A DNA stretch of 64,000 bases from Nemertoderma westbladi (Eukaryota > Animalia > Xenacoelomorpha). The stretch lies in contig JAUCBJ010005712.1 of the NCBI GenBank assembly GCA_032718475.1, forward strand, positions 62,001 through 126,000, in the 5' to 3' direction. Positions 41,301-59,300 of this stretch are shown one piece after another. Positions within the stretch are counted from its first letter, which is position 1; each line of letters starts with the position of its first letter. The notes below the pieces were generated by a model that searched no databases, was not told the DNA's origin, and was given only the letters and a program-made list of their open reading frames with translations. Both the position numbers and the translations under genes were made by a program.

Positions 41301-44300
41301 AGAATAGAATACACAGATAGAATAGAATACACAGATAGAATAGAATTCACAGATAGAATAGAATACACAGATAGAATAGAATACACAGATAGAATAGAAT
41401 AGAATACACAGATATAATAGAATACACAGATAGAATAGAATACACAATAGAATACACAGATAGAATAGAATACACAGATAGAATAGAATACACAGATAGA
41501 ATAGAATACACATATAGAATAGAATACACAGATAGAATAGAATACACAGATAGAATAGAATACACAGATAGAATAGAATACACAGATAGAATAGAATTCA
41601 CAGATAGAATAGAATACACAGATAGAATAGAATACACAGATAGAATAGAATAGAATACACAGATATAATAGAATACACAGATAGAATAGAATACACAGAT
41701 AGAATAGAATACACAGATAGAATAGAATACACAGATAGAATAGAATACACAGATAGAATAGAATTCACAGATAGAATAGAATACACAGATAGAATAGAAT
41801 AGAATACACAGATATAATAGAATACACAGATATAATAGAATACACAGATAGAATAGAATACACAGATAGAATAGAATACACAGATAGAATAGAATACACA
41901 AATAGAATAGAATACACAGATAGAATAGAATACACAGATAGAATAGAATACAAAGATAGAATAGAATACACAGATAAAATAGAATACACAGATAGAATAG
42001 AATACACAGATACAATAGAATACACATATAGAATAGAATACACAGATAGAATAGAATACAAAGATGGAATATAATACAAAGATGGAATAGAATACACAGA
42101 TAGAATAGAATACACAGATAGAATAGAATACACAGATACAATAGAATACACATATAGAATAGAATACACATATAGAATAGAATACACAGATAGAATAGAA
42201 TACAAAGATGGAATAGAATACACAGATAGAATAGAATACACAGATAGAATAGAATACACAGATAGAATAGAATACACAGATAGAATAGAATACACAGATA
42301 GAATAGAATACACAGATAGAATAGAATTCACAGATAGAATAGAATACACAGATAGAATAGAATACAAAGATGGAATAGAATACACAGATAGAATAGAATA
42401 CACAGATAGAATAGAATACACAGATAGAATAGAATACAGAGATAGAATATAATACACAGATAGAATAGAATACACAGATAGAATAGAATACACAGATAGA
42501 ATAGAATACACAGATAGAATAGAATACACAGATAGAATAGAATACACAGACAGAATAGAATACACAGATAGAATAGAATAGAATACACAGATAGAATAGA
42601 ATACACAGATATAATAGAATACACAGATAGAATAGAATACACAGATAGAATATAATACACAGATGGAATAGAGTACACAGATAGAATAGAATACACAGAT
42701 AGAATAGAATACACAGATAGAATAGAATACACAGATATAATAGAATACACAGATAGAATAGAATACACAGACAGAATAGAATACACAGATAGAATAGAAT
42801 AGAATACACAGATAGAATAGAATACACAGATAGAATAGAATACACAGATAGAATAGAATAGAATACACAGATAGAATAGAATACACAGATATAATAGAAT
42901 ACACAGATAGAATAGAATACACAGATAGAATAGAATACACAGATAGAATAGAATAGAATACACAGATAGAATAGAATACACAGATATAATAGAATACACA
43001 GATAGAATAGAATACACAGATATAATAGAATACACAGATAGAATAGAATACACAGACAGAATAGAATACACAGATAGAATAGAATAGAATACACAGACAG
43101 AATAGAATACACAGATAGAATAGAATAGAATACACAGATAGAATAGAATATAATACACAGATAGAATAGAATAGAATAGAATACACAGATAGAATAGAAT
43201 ACACAGATATAATAGAATACACAGATAGAATAGAATACACAGATATAATAGAATACACAGATAGAATAGAATACACAGACAGAATAGAATACACAGATAG
43301 AATAGAATAGAATACACAGATAGAATAGAATACACAGATAGAATAGAATACACAGATAGAATAGAATACACAGATAGAATAGAATACACAGATAGAATAG
43401 AATACACAGATAGAATAGAATACACAGATAGAATAGAATACACAGATAGAATAGAATACACAGATAGAATAGAATACACAGATAGAATAGAATACACAGA
43501 TAGAATAGAATACACAGATAGAATAGAATACACAGATAGAATAGAATACACAGATAGAATAGAATACACAGATATAATAGAATACAGAGATAGAATATAA
43601 TACACAGATAGAATAGAATACACAGATAGAATAGAATACACAGATAGAATAGAATACACAGATAGAATAGAATACACAGATAGAATAGAATACACAGATA
43701 GAATAGAATACACAGATAGAATAGAATACACAGATAGAATAGAATACACAGATAGAATAGAATACACAGATAGAATAGAATACACAGATAGAATAGAATA
43801 CAGAGATAGAATATAATACACAGATAGAATAGAATACAGAGATAGAATAGAATACACAGATAGAATAGAATACAGAGATAGAATAGAATACACAGATAGA
43901 ATAGAATACAGAGATAGAATATAATACACAGATAGAATAGAATACAGAGATAGAATAGAATACACAGATAGAATAGAATACACAGATAGAATAGAATACA
44001 CAGATAGAATAGAATACACAGATAGAATAGAATACACAGATAGAATAGAATACAGAGATAGAATATAATACACAGATAGAATAGAATACACAGATAGCAT
44101 AGAATACACAGATAGAATAGAATACACAGATAGAATAGAATACAGAGATAGAATATAATACACAGATAGAATAGAATACACAGATAGAATAGAATACACA
44201 GATAGAATAGAATACACAGATAGAATAGAATACACAGATAGAATAGAATACAGAGATAGAATATAATACACAGATAGAATAGAATACACAGATAGAATAG

Positions 44301-47300
44301 AATACACAGATAGAATAGAATACACAGATAGAATAGAATACACAGATAGAATAGAATACACAGATAGAATAGAATACACAGATAGAATAGAATACACAGA
44401 TAGAATAGAATACACAGATAGAATAGAATACAGAGATAGAATATAATACACAGATAGAATAGAATACACAGATAGAATAGAATACACAGATAGAATAGAA
44501 TACACAGATAGATTAGAATACACAGATAGAATAGAATACAGAGATAGAATATAATACACAGATAGAATAGAATACACAGATAGAATAGAATACACAGATA
44601 GAATAGAATACACAGATAGAATAGAATACACAGATAGAATAGAATACACAGATAGAATAGAATACACAGATAGAATAGATTACAGAGATAGAATAGATTA
44701 CAGAGATAGAATATAATACACAGATAGAATAGAATACACAGATAGAATAGAATACACAGATAGAATAGAATACACAGATAGAATAGAATACACAGATAGA
44801 ATAGAATACACAGATAGAATAGAATACACAGATAGAATAGAATACACATATAGAATAGAATACACAGATAGAATAGAATACACAGATAGAATAGAATACA
44901 CAGATAGAATAGAATACACAGATAGAATAGAATACACAGATAGAATAGAATACACAGATAGAATAGAATACACAGATAGAATAGAATACACAGATAGAAT
45001 AGAATACACAGATAGAATAGAATACACAGATAGAATAGAATACACAGATAGAATAGAATACACAGATAGAATAGAATACACAGATAGAATAGAATACACA
45101 GATAGAATAGAATACACAGATAGAATAGAATACACAGATAGAATAGAATACACAGACAGAATAGAATAGAATACACAGATAGAATAGAATACACAGATAG
45201 AATAGAATACACAGATAGAATAGAATACACAGATAGAATAGAATACACAGATAGAATAGAATACACAGATAGAATAGAATACACAGATAGAATAGAATAC
45301 ACAGATAGAATAGAATACACAGATAGAATAGAATACACAGATAGAATAGAATACACAGATAGAATAGAATACACAGATAGAATAGAATACACAGATAGAA
45401 TAGAATACACAGATAGAATAGAATACACAGATAGAATAGAATACACAGATAGAATAGAATACACAGATAGAATAGAATACACAGATAGAATAGAATACAC
45501 AGATAGAATAGAATACACAGATAGAATAGAATACACAGATAGAATAGAATACACAGATAGAATAGAATACACAGATAGAATAGAATACACAGATAGAATA
45601 GAATACACAGATAGAATAGAATACACAGATAGAATAGAATACACAGATAGAATAGAATACACAGATAGAATAGAATACACAGATAGAATAGAATACACAG
45701 ATAGAATAGAATACACAGATAGAATAGAATACACAGATAGAATAGAATACACAGATAGAATAGAATACAGAGATAGAATATAATACACAGATAGAATAGA
45801 ATACACAGATAGAATAGAATACACAGATAGAATAGAATACACAGATAGAATAGAATACACAGATAGAATAGAATACAGAGATAGAATAGAATACACAGAT
45901 AGAATAGAATACACAGATAGAATAGAATACACAGATAGAATAGAATACACAGATAGAATAGAATACAGAGATAGAATAGAATACAGAGATAGAATAGAAT
46001 ACACAGATAGAATAGAATACACAGATAGAATAGAATACACAGATAGAATAGAATACACAGATAGAATAGAATACACAGATAGAATAGAATACACAGATAG
46101 AATAGAATACAGAGATAGAATAGAATACACAGATAGAATAGAATACACAGATAGAATAGAATACACAGATAGAATAGAATACACGGATAGAATAGAATAC
46201 ACAGATATAATAGAATACACAGATAGAATAGAATACACAGATAGAATAGAATACACAGATAGAATAGAATACACATATAGAATAGAATACACAGATAGAA
46301 TAGAATACACAGATAGAATAGAATACACAGATAGAATAGAATACACAGATAGAATAGAATACACAGACAGAATAGAATAGAATACACATATAGAATAGAA
46401 TACACAGATAGAATAGAATACACAGATAGAATAGAATAGAATACACAGATAGAATAGAATAGAATACACAGATAGAATAGAATAGAATACACAGATAGAA
46501 TAGAATACACATATAGAATAGAATACACAGATAGAATAGAATACACAGATAGAATAGAATACACAGATAGAATAGAATACACAGATAGAATAGAATACAC
46601 AGATAGAATAGAATACACATATAGAATAGAATACACAGATAGAATAGAATACACAGATAGAATAGAATATACAGATAGAATAGAATGCACAGATAGAATA
46701 GAATACACAGATAGAATAGACTACACAGATAGAATAGAATACACAGATGGAATAGAATACACAGATAGAATAGAATACACAGATAGAATAGAATAGAATA
46801 CACAGATAGAATAGAATACACAGATAGAATAGAATAGAATACACAGATATAATAGAATACACAGATAGAATAGAATTCACAGATAGAATAGAATAGAATA
46901 CACAGATATAATAGAATACACAGATAGAATAGAATACACAGATAGAATAGAATACACATATAGAATAGAATACACAGATAGAATAGAATACACAGATAGA
47001 ATAGAATACACAGATAGAATAGAATACACAGATAGAATAGAATACACAGATAGAATAGAATAGAATACACAGATAGAATAGAATACACAGATAGAATAGA
47101 ATACACAGATAGAATAGAATACACAGATAGAATAGAATACACAGATAGAATAGAATACACAGATAGAATAGAATACACAGATAGAATAGAATACACAGAT
47201 AGAATAGAATACACAGATAGAATAGAATTCACAGATAGAATAGAATTCACAGATAGAATAGAATACACAGATAGAATAGAATACACAGATAGAATAGAAT

Positions 47301-50300
47301 AGAATACACAGATATAATAGAATACACAGATAGAATAGAATTCACAGATAGAATAGAATTCACAGATAGAATAGAATACACAGATAGAATAGAATACACA
47401 GATAGAATAGAATAGAATACACAGATATAATAGAATACACAGATAGAATAGAATTCACAGATAGAATAGAATTCACAGATAGAATAGAATACACAGATAG
47501 AATAGAATACACAGATAGAATAGAATAGAATACACAGATATAATAGAATACACAGATAGAATAGAATTCACAGATAGAATAGAATACACAGATAGAATAG
47601 AATACACAGATAGAATAGAATAGAATACACAGATATAATAGAATACACAGATAGAATAGAATTCACAGATAGAATAGAATAGAATACACAGATATAATAG
47701 AATACACAGATAGAATAGAATACACAGATAGAATAGAATACACATATAGAATAGAATACACAGATAGAATAGAATACACAGATAGAATAGAATACACAGA
47801 TAGAATAGAATACACAGATAGAATAGAATTCACAGATAGAATAGAATTCACAGATAGAATAGAATACACAGATAGAATAGAATTCACAGATAGAATAGAA
47901 TAGAATACACAGATATAATAGAATACACAGATAGAATAGAATACACAGATAGAATAGAATACACATATAGAATAGAATACACAGATAGAATAGAATACAC
48001 AGATAGAATAGAATACACAGATAGAATAGAATACACAGATAGAATAGAATTCACAGATAGAATAGAATACACAGATAGAATAGAATACACAGATAGAATA
48101 GAATAGAATACACAGATATAATAGAATACACAGATAGAATAGAATACACAGATAGAATAGAATACACATATAGAATAGAATACAGAGATAGAATATAATA
48201 CACAGATAGAATAGAATACACATATAGAATAGAATACACAGATAGAATAGAATACACAGATAGAATAGAATACACAGATAGAATAGAATACACATATAGA
48301 ATATAATACACAGATAGAATAGAATACACAGATAGAATCGAATACACATATAGAATATAATACACAGATAGAATAGAATACACAGATAGAATAGAATACA
48401 CAGATAGAATAGAATACACAGATAGAATAGAATACACAGATAGAATAGAATACACATATAGAATATAATACACAGATAGAATAGAATACACAGATAGAAT
48501 AGAATACACAGATAGAATAGAATACACAGATAGAATAGAATACACATATAGAATAGAATACACAGATAGAATAGAATACACAGATAGAATAGAATACACA
48601 GATAGAATAGAATACACAGATAGAATAGAATACACAGATAGAATAGAATACACAGATAGAATAGAATTCACAGATAGAATAGAATACACAGATAGAATAG
48701 AATACACAGATAGAATAGAATAGAATACACAGATATAATAGAATACACAGATAGAATAGAATACACAGATAGAATAGAATACACATATAGAATAGAATAC
48801 ACATATAGAATAGAATACACAGATATAATAGAATACACAGATAGAATAGAATACACATATAGAATAGAATACACAGATAGAATAGAATACACAGATAGAA
48901 TAGAATACACAGATAGAATAGAATACACAGATAGAATAGAATTCACAGATAGAATAGAATACACAGATAGAATAGAATACACAGATAGAATAGAATAGAA
49001 TACACAGATATAATAGAATACACAGATAGAATAGAATACACAGATAGAATAGAATACACAGATAGAATAGAATACACAGATAGAATAGAATACACAGATA
49101 GAATAGAATACACATATAGAATAGAATACACAGATAGAATAGAATACACAGATAGAATAGAATACACAGATAGAATAGAATACACAGATAGAATAGAATT
49201 CACAGATAGAATAGAATACACAGATAGAATAGAATACACAGATAGAATAGAATAGAATACACAGATATAATAGAATACACAGATAGAATAGAATACACAG
49301 ATAGAATAGAATACACAGATAGAATAGAATACACAGATAGAATAGAATACACAGATAGAATAGAATACACAGATAGAATAGAATACACAGATAGAATAGA
49401 ATACACAGATAGAATAGAATTCACAGATAGAATAGAATACACAGATAGAATAGAATACACAGATAGAATAGAATAGAATACACAGATATAATAGAATACA
49501 CAGATAGAATAGAATACACAGATAGAATAGAATACACATATAGAATAGAATACACATATAGAATAGAATACACAGATATAATAGAATACACAGATAGAAT
49601 AGAATACACATATAGAATAGAATACACAGATAGAATAGAATACACAGATAGAATAGAATACACAGATAGAATAGAATACACAGATAGAATAGAATTCACA
49701 GATAGAATAGAATACACAGATAGAATAGAATACACAGATAGAATAGAATAGAATACACAGATATAATAGAATACACAGATAGAATAGAATACACAATAGA
49801 ATACACAGATAGAATAGAATACACAGATAGAATAGAATACACAGATAGAATAGAATACACATATAGAATAGAATACACAGATAGAATAGAATACACAGAT
49901 AGAATAGAATACACAGATAGAATAGAATACACAGATAGAATAGAATTCACAGATAGAATAGAATACACAGATAGAATAGAATACACAGATAGAATAGAAT
50001 AGAATACACAGATATAATAGAATACACAGATAGAATAGAATACACAGATAGAATAGAATACACAGATAGAATAGAATACACAGATAGAATAGAATACACA
50101 GATAGAATAGAATTCACAGATAGAATAGAATACACAGATAGAATAGAATAGAATACACAGATATAATAGAATACACAGATATAATAGAATACACAGATAG
50201 AATAGAATACACAGATAGAATAGAATACACAGATAGAATAGAATACACAAATAGAATAGAATACACAGATAGAATAGAATACACAGATAGAATAGAATAC

Positions 50301-53300
50301 AAAGATAGAATAGAATACACAGATAAAATAGAATACACAGATAGAATAGAATACACAGATACAATAGAATACACATATAGAATAGAATACACAGATAGAA
50401 TAGAATACAAAGATGGAATATAATACAAAGATGGAATAGAATACACAGATAGAATAGAATACACAGATAGAATAGAATACACAGATACAATAGAATACAC
50501 ATATAGAATAGAATACACATATAGAATAGAATACACAGATAGAATAGAATACAAAGATGGAATAGAATACACAGATAGAATAGAATACACAGATAGAATA
50601 GAATACACAGATAGAATAGAATACACAGATAGAATAGAATACACAGATAGAATAGAATACACAGATAGAATAGAATTCACAGATAGAATAGAATACACAG
50701 ATAGAATAGAATACAAAGATGGAATAGAATACACAGATAGAATAGAATACACAGATAGAATAGAATACACAGATAGAATAGAATACAGAGATAGAATATA
50801 ATACACAGATAGAATAGAATACACAGATAGAATAGAATACACAGATAGAATAGAATACACAGATAGAATAGAATACACAGATAGAATAGAATACACAGAC
50901 AGAATAGAATACACAGATAGAATAGAATAGAATACACAGATAGAATAGAATACACAGATATAATAGAATACACAGATAGAATAGAATACACAGATAGAAT
51001 ATAATACACAGATGGAATAGAGTACACAGATAGAATAGAATACACAGATAGAATAGAATACACAGATAGAATAGAATACACAGATATAATAGAATACACA
51101 GATAGAATAGAATACACAGACAGAATAGAATACACAGATAGAATAGAATAGAATACACAGATAGAATAGAATACACAGATAGAATAGAATACACAGATAG
51201 AATAGAATAGAATACACAGATAGAATAGAATACACAGATATAATAGAATACACAGATAGAATAGAATACACAGATATAATAGAATACACAGATAGAATAG
51301 AATACACAGACAGAATAGAATACACAGATAGAATAGAATAGAATACACAGACAGAATAGAATACACAGATAGAATAGAATAGAATACACAGATAGAATAG
51401 AATATAATACACAGATAGAATAGAATAGAATAGAATACACAGATAGAATAGAATACACAGATATAATAGAATACACAGATAGAATAGAATACACAGATAT
51501 AATAGAATACACAGATAGAATAGAATACACAGACAGAATAGAATACACAGATAGAATAGAATAGAATACACAGATAGAATAGAATACACAGATAGAATAG
51601 AATACACAGATAGAATAGAATACACAGATAGAATAGAATACACAGATAGAATAGAATACACAGATAGAATAGAATACACAGATAGAATAGAATACACAGA
51701 TAGAATAGAATACACAGATAGAATAGAATACACAGATAGAATAGAATACACAGATAGAATAGAATACACAGATAGAATAGAATACACAGATAGAATAGAA
51801 TACACAGATAGAATAGAATACACAGATATAATAGAATACAGAGATAGAATATAATACACAGATAGAATAGAATACACAGATAGAATAGAATACACAGATA
51901 GAATAAAATACACAGATAGAATAGAATACACAGATAGAATAGAATACACAGATAGAATAGAATACACAGATAGAATAGAATACACAGATAGAATAGAATA
52001 CACATATAGAATAGAATACACAGATAGAATAGAATACACAGATAGAATAGAATACAGAGATAGAATATAATACACAGATAGAATAGAATACAGAGATAGA
52101 ATAGAATACACAGATAGAATAGAATACAGAGATAGAATAGAATACACAGATAGAATAGAATACAGAGATAGAATATAATACACAGATAGAATAGAATACA
52201 GAGATAGAATAGAATACACAGATAGAATAGAATACACAGATAGAATAGAATACACAGATAGAATAGAATACACAGATAGAATAGAATACACAGATAGAAT
52301 AGAATACAGAGATAGAATATAATACACAGATAGAATAGAATACACAGATAGCATAGAATACACAGATAGAATAGAATACACAGATAGAATAGAATACAGA
52401 GATAGAATATAATACACAGATAGAATAGAATACACAGATAGAATAGAATACACAGATAGAATAGAATACACAGATAGAATAGAATACACAGATAGAATAG
52501 AATACAGAGATAGAATATAATACACAGATAGAATAGAATACACAGATAGAATAGAATACACAGATAGAATAGAATACACAGATAGAATAGAATACACAGA
52601 TAGAATAGAATACACAGATAGAATAGAATACACAGATAGAATAGAATACACAGATAGAATAGAATACACAGATAGAATAGAATACAGAGATAGAATATAA
52701 TACACAGATAGAATAGAATACACAGATAGAATAGAATACACAGATAGAATAGAATACACAGATAGATTAGAATACACAGATAGAATAGAATACAGAGATA
52801 GAATATAATACACAGATAGAATAGAATACACAGATAGAATAGAATACACAGATAGAATAGAATACACAGATAGAATAGAATACACAGATAGAATAGAATA
52901 CACAGATAGAATAGAATACACAGATAGAATAGATTACAGAGATAGAATAGATTACAGAGATAGAATATAATACACAGATAGAATATAATACACAGATAGA
53001 ATAGAATACACAGATAGAATAGAATACACAGATAGAATAGAATACACAGATAGAATAGAATACACAGATATAATAGAATACACAGATAGAATAGAATACA
53101 CAGATAGAATAGAATACACAGATAGAATAGAATACACAGATAGAATAGAATACACATATAGAATAGAATACACATATAGAATAGAATACACATATAGAAT
53201 AGAATACACATATAGAATAGAATACACATATAGAATAGAATACACAGATAGAATAGAACACACATATAGAATAAAATACACATATAGAATAGAATACACA

Positions 53301-56300
53301 GATAGAATAGAATACACAGATAGAATAGAATACACAGATAGAATAGAATACACAGATAGAATAGAAAACACAGATAGAATAGAATACACATATAGAATAG
53401 AATACACAGATAGAATAGAATACACAGATAGAATAGAATACACAGATAGAATAGAATACACAGATAGAATAGAATACACAGACAGAATAGAATAGAATAC
53501 ACAGATAGAATAGAATACACAGATAGAATAGAATACACAGATAGAATAGAATACACAGATAGAATAGAATACACAGATAGAATAGAATACACAGATAGAA
53601 TAGAATACACATATAGAATAGAATACACAGATAGAATAGAATACACAGATAGAATAGAATACACAGATAGAATAGAATACACAGATAGAATAGAATACAC
53701 AGATAGAATAGAATACACAGATAGAATAGAATACACAGATAGAATAGAATACACAGATAGAATAGAATACACAGATAGAATAGAATACACAGATAGAATA
53801 GAATACACAGATAGAATAGAATACACAGATAGAATAGAATACACAGATAGAATAGAATACACAGATAGAATAGAATACACAGATAGAATAGAATACACAG
53901 ATAGAATAGAATACACAGATAGAATAGAATACACAGATAGAATAGAATACACAGATAGAATAGAATACACAGATAGAATAGAATACACAGATAGAATAGA
54001 ATACACAGATAGAATAGAATACACAGATAGAATAGAATACACAGATAGAATAGAATACACAGATAGAATAGAATACAGAGATAGAATATAATACACAGAT
54101 AGAATATAATACACAGATAGAATAGAATACACAGATAGAATAGAATACACAGATAGAATAGAATACAGAGATAGAATAGAATACAGAGATAGAATATAAT
54201 ACACAGATAGAATAGAATACACAGATAGAATAGAATACACAGATAGAATAGAATACACAGATAGAATAGAATACAGAGATAGAATAGAATACAGAGATAG
54301 AATAGAATACACAGATAGAATAGAATACACAGATAGAATAGAATACACAGATAGAATAGAATACACAGATAGAATAGAATACACAGATAGAATAGAATAC
54401 ACAGATAGAATAGAAAACAGAGATAGAATATAATACACAGATAGAATAGAATACACAGATAGAATAGAATACACAGATAGAATAGAATACACGGATAGAA
54501 TAGAATACACAGATATAATAGAATACACAGATAGAATAGAATACACAGATAGAATAGAATACACAGATAGAATAGAATACACATATAGAATAGAATACAC
54601 AGATAGAATAGAATACACAGATAGAATAGAATACACAGATAGAATAGAATACACAGATAGAATAGAATACACAGACAGAATAGAATAGAATACACATATA
54701 GAATAGAATACACAGATAGAATAGAATACACAGATAGAATAGAATAGAATACACAGATAGAATAGAATAGAATACACAGATAGAATAGAATAGAATACAC
54801 AGATAGAATAGAATACACATATAGAATAGAATACACAGATAGAATAGAATACACAGATAGAATAGAATACACAGATAGAATAGAATACACAGATAGAATA
54901 GAATTCACAGATAGAATAGAATTCACAGATAGAATAGAATACACAGATAGAATAGAATACACAGATAGAATAGAATACACAGATAGAATAGAATACACAG
55001 ATAGAATAGAATACACAGATAGAATAGAATTCACAGATAGAATAGAATAGAATACACAGATATAATAGAATACACAGATAGAATAGAATACACAGATAGA
55101 ATAGAATACACAGATAGAATAGAATACACAGATAGAATAGAATACACAGATAGAATAGAATACAGAGATAGAATATAATACACAGATAGAATAGAATACA
55201 CAGATAGAATAGAATACACAGATAGAATAGAATACACAGATAGAATAGAATACACAGATAGAATAGAATACACAGATAGAATAGAATACACAGATAGAAT
55301 AGAATACACAGATAGAATAGAATACACAGATAGAATAGAATACACAGATAGAATAGAATACACAGATAGAATAGAATTCACAGATAGAATAGAATACACA
55401 GATAGAATAGAATACACAGATAGAATAGAATAGAATACACAGATATAATAGAATACACAGATAGAATAGAATACACAGATAGAATAGAATACACAGATAG
55501 AATAGAATACACAGATAGAATAGAATACACAGATAGAATAGAATTCACAGATAGAATAGAATACACAGATAGAATAGAATAGAATACACAGATATAATAG
55601 AATACACAGATATAATAGAATACACAGATAGAATAGAATACACAGATAGAATAGAATACACAGATAGAATAGAATACACAAATAGAATAGAATACACAGA
55701 TAGAATAGAATACACAGATAGAATAGAATACAAAGATAGAATAGAATACACAGATAAAATAGAATACACAGATAGAATAGAATACACAGATACAATAGAA
55801 TACACATATAGAATAGAATACACAGATAGAATAGAATACAAAGATGGAATATAATACAAAGATGGAATAGAATACACAGATAGAATAGAATACACAGATA
55901 GAATAGAATACACAGATACAATAGAATACACATATAGAATAGAATACACATATAGAATAGAATACACAGATAGAATAGAATACAAAGATGGAATAGAATA
56001 CACAGATAGAATAGAATACACAGATAGAATAGAATACACAGATAGAATAGAATACACAGATAGAATAGAATACACAGATAGAATAGAATACACAGATAGA
56101 ATAGAATTCACAGATAGAATAGAATACACAGATAGAATAGAATACAAAGATGGAATAGAATACACAGATAGAATAGAATACACAGATAGAATAGAATACA
56201 CAGATAGAATAGAATACAGAGATAGAATATAATACACAGATAGAATAGAATACACAGATAGAATAGAATACACAGATAGAATAGAATACACAGATAGAAT

Positions 56301-59300
56301 AGAATACACAGATAGAATAGAATACACAGACAGAATAGAATACACAGATAGAATAGAATAGAATACACAGATAGAATAGAATACACAGATATAATAGAAT
56401 ACACAGATAGAATAGAATACACAGATAGAATATAATACACAGATGGAATAGAGTACACAGATAGAATAGAATACACAGATAGAATAGAATACACAGATAG
56501 AATAGAATACACAGATATAATAGAATACACAGATAGAATAGAATACACAGACAGAATAGAATACACAGATAGAATAGAATAGAATACACAGATAGAATAG
56601 AATACACAGATAGAATAGAATACACAGATAGAATAGAATAGAATACACAGATAGAATAGAATACACAGATATAATAGAATACACAGATAGAATAGAATAC
56701 ACAGATATAATAAAATACACAGATAGAATAGAATACACAGACAGAATAGAATACACAGATATAATAGAATAGAATACACAGACAGAATAGAATACACAGA
56801 TAGAATAGAATAGAATACACAGATAGAATAGAATACACAGATAGAATAGAATACACAGATAGAATAGAATACACAGATAGAATAGAATACACAGATAGAA
56901 TAGAATACACAGATAGAATAGATTACAGAGATATAATAGAATACACAGATAGAATAGAATACACAGACAGAATAGAATACACAGATAGAATAGAATAGAA
57001 TACACAGACAGAATAGAATACACAGATAGAATAGAATAGAATACACAGATAGAATAGAATACACAGATAGAATAGAATACACAGATAGAATAGAATACAC
57101 AGATAGAATAGAATACACAGATAGAATAGAATACACAGATAGAATAGATTACAGAGATAGAATAGATTACAGAGATAGAATATAATACACAGATAGAATA
57201 TAATACACAGATAGAATAGAATACACAGATAGAATAGAATACACAGATAGAATAGAATACACAGATAGAATAGAATATAATACACAGATAGAATAGAATA
57301 GAATAGAATACACAGATAGAATAGAATACACAGATATAATAGAATACACAGATAGAATAGAATACACAGATATAATAGAATACACAGATAGAATAGAATA
57401 CACAGACAGAATAGAATACACAGATAGAATAGAATAGAATACACAGATAGAATAGAATACACAGATAGAATAGAATACACAGATAGAATAGAATACACAG
57501 ATAGAATAGAATACACAGATAGAATAGAATACACAGATAGAATAGAATACACAGATAGAATAGAATACACAGATAGAATAGAATACACAGATAGAATAGA
57601 ATACACAGATAGAATAGAATACACAGATAGAATAGAATACACAGATAGAATAGAATACACAGATAGAATAGAATACACAGATAGAATAGAATACACAGAT
57701 AGAATAGAATACAGAGATAGAATATAATACACAGATAGAATAGAATACACAGATAGAATAGAATACACAGATAGAATAGAATACACAGATAGAATAGAAT
57801 ACACAGATAGAATAGAATACACAGATAGAATAGAATACACAGATAGAATAGAATACACAGATAGAATAGAATACACAGATAGAATAGAATACACAGATAG
57901 AATAGAATACAGAGATAGAATATAATACACAGATAGAATAGAATACAGAGATAGAATAGAATACACAGATAGAATAGAATACAGAGATAGAATAGAATAC
58001 ACAGATAGAATAGAATACAGAGATAGAATATAATACACAGATAGAATAGAATACAGAGATAGAATAGAATACACAGATAGAATAGAATACACAGATAGAA
58101 TAGAATACACAGATAGAATAGAATACACAGATAGAATAGAATACACAGATAGAATAGAATACAGAGATAGAATATAATACACAGATAGAATAGAATACAC
58201 AGATAGAATAGAATACACAGATAGAATAGAATACACAGATAGAATAGAATACAGAGATAGAATATAATACACAGATAGAATAGAATACACAGATAGAATA
58301 GAATACACAGATAGAATAGAATACACAGATAGAATAGAATACACAGATAGAATAGAATACAGAGATAGAATATAATACACAGATAGAATAGAATACACAG
58401 ATAGAATAGAATACACAGATAGAATAGAATACACAGATAGAATAGAATACACAGATAGAATAGAATACACAGATAGAATAGAATACACAGATAGAATAGA
58501 ATACACAGATAGAATAGAATACACAGATAGAATAGAATACAGAGATAGAATATAATACACAGATAGAATAGAATACACAGATAGAATAGAATACACAGAT
58601 AGAATAGAATACACAGATAGATTAGAATACACAGATAGAATAGAATACAGAGATAGAATATAATACACAGATAGAATAGAATACACAGATAGAATAGAAT
58701 ACACAGATAGAATAGAATACACAGATAGAATAGAATACACAGATAGAATAGAATACACAGATAGAATAGAATACACAGATAGAATAGATTACAGAGATAG
58801 AATAGATTACAGAGATAGAATATAATACACAGATAGAATATAATACACAGATAGAATAGAATACACAGATAGAATAGAATACACAGATAGAATAGAATAC
58901 ACAGATAGAATAGAATACACAGATAGAATAGAATACACAGATAGAATAGAATACACAGATAGAATAGAATACACAGATAGAATAGAATACACAGATAGAA
59001 TAGAATACACATATAGAATAGAATACACATATAGAATAGAATACACATATAGAATAGAATACACATATAGAATAGAATACACATATAGAATAGAATACAC
59101 AGATAGAATAGAATACACAGATAGAATAGAATACACATATAGAATAGAATACACAGATAGAATAGAATACACAGATAGAATAGAATACACAGATAGAATA
59201 GAATACACAGATAGAATAGAATACACAGATAGAATAGAATACACAGATAGAATAGAATACACAGATAGAATAGAATACACAGATAGAATAGAATACACAG

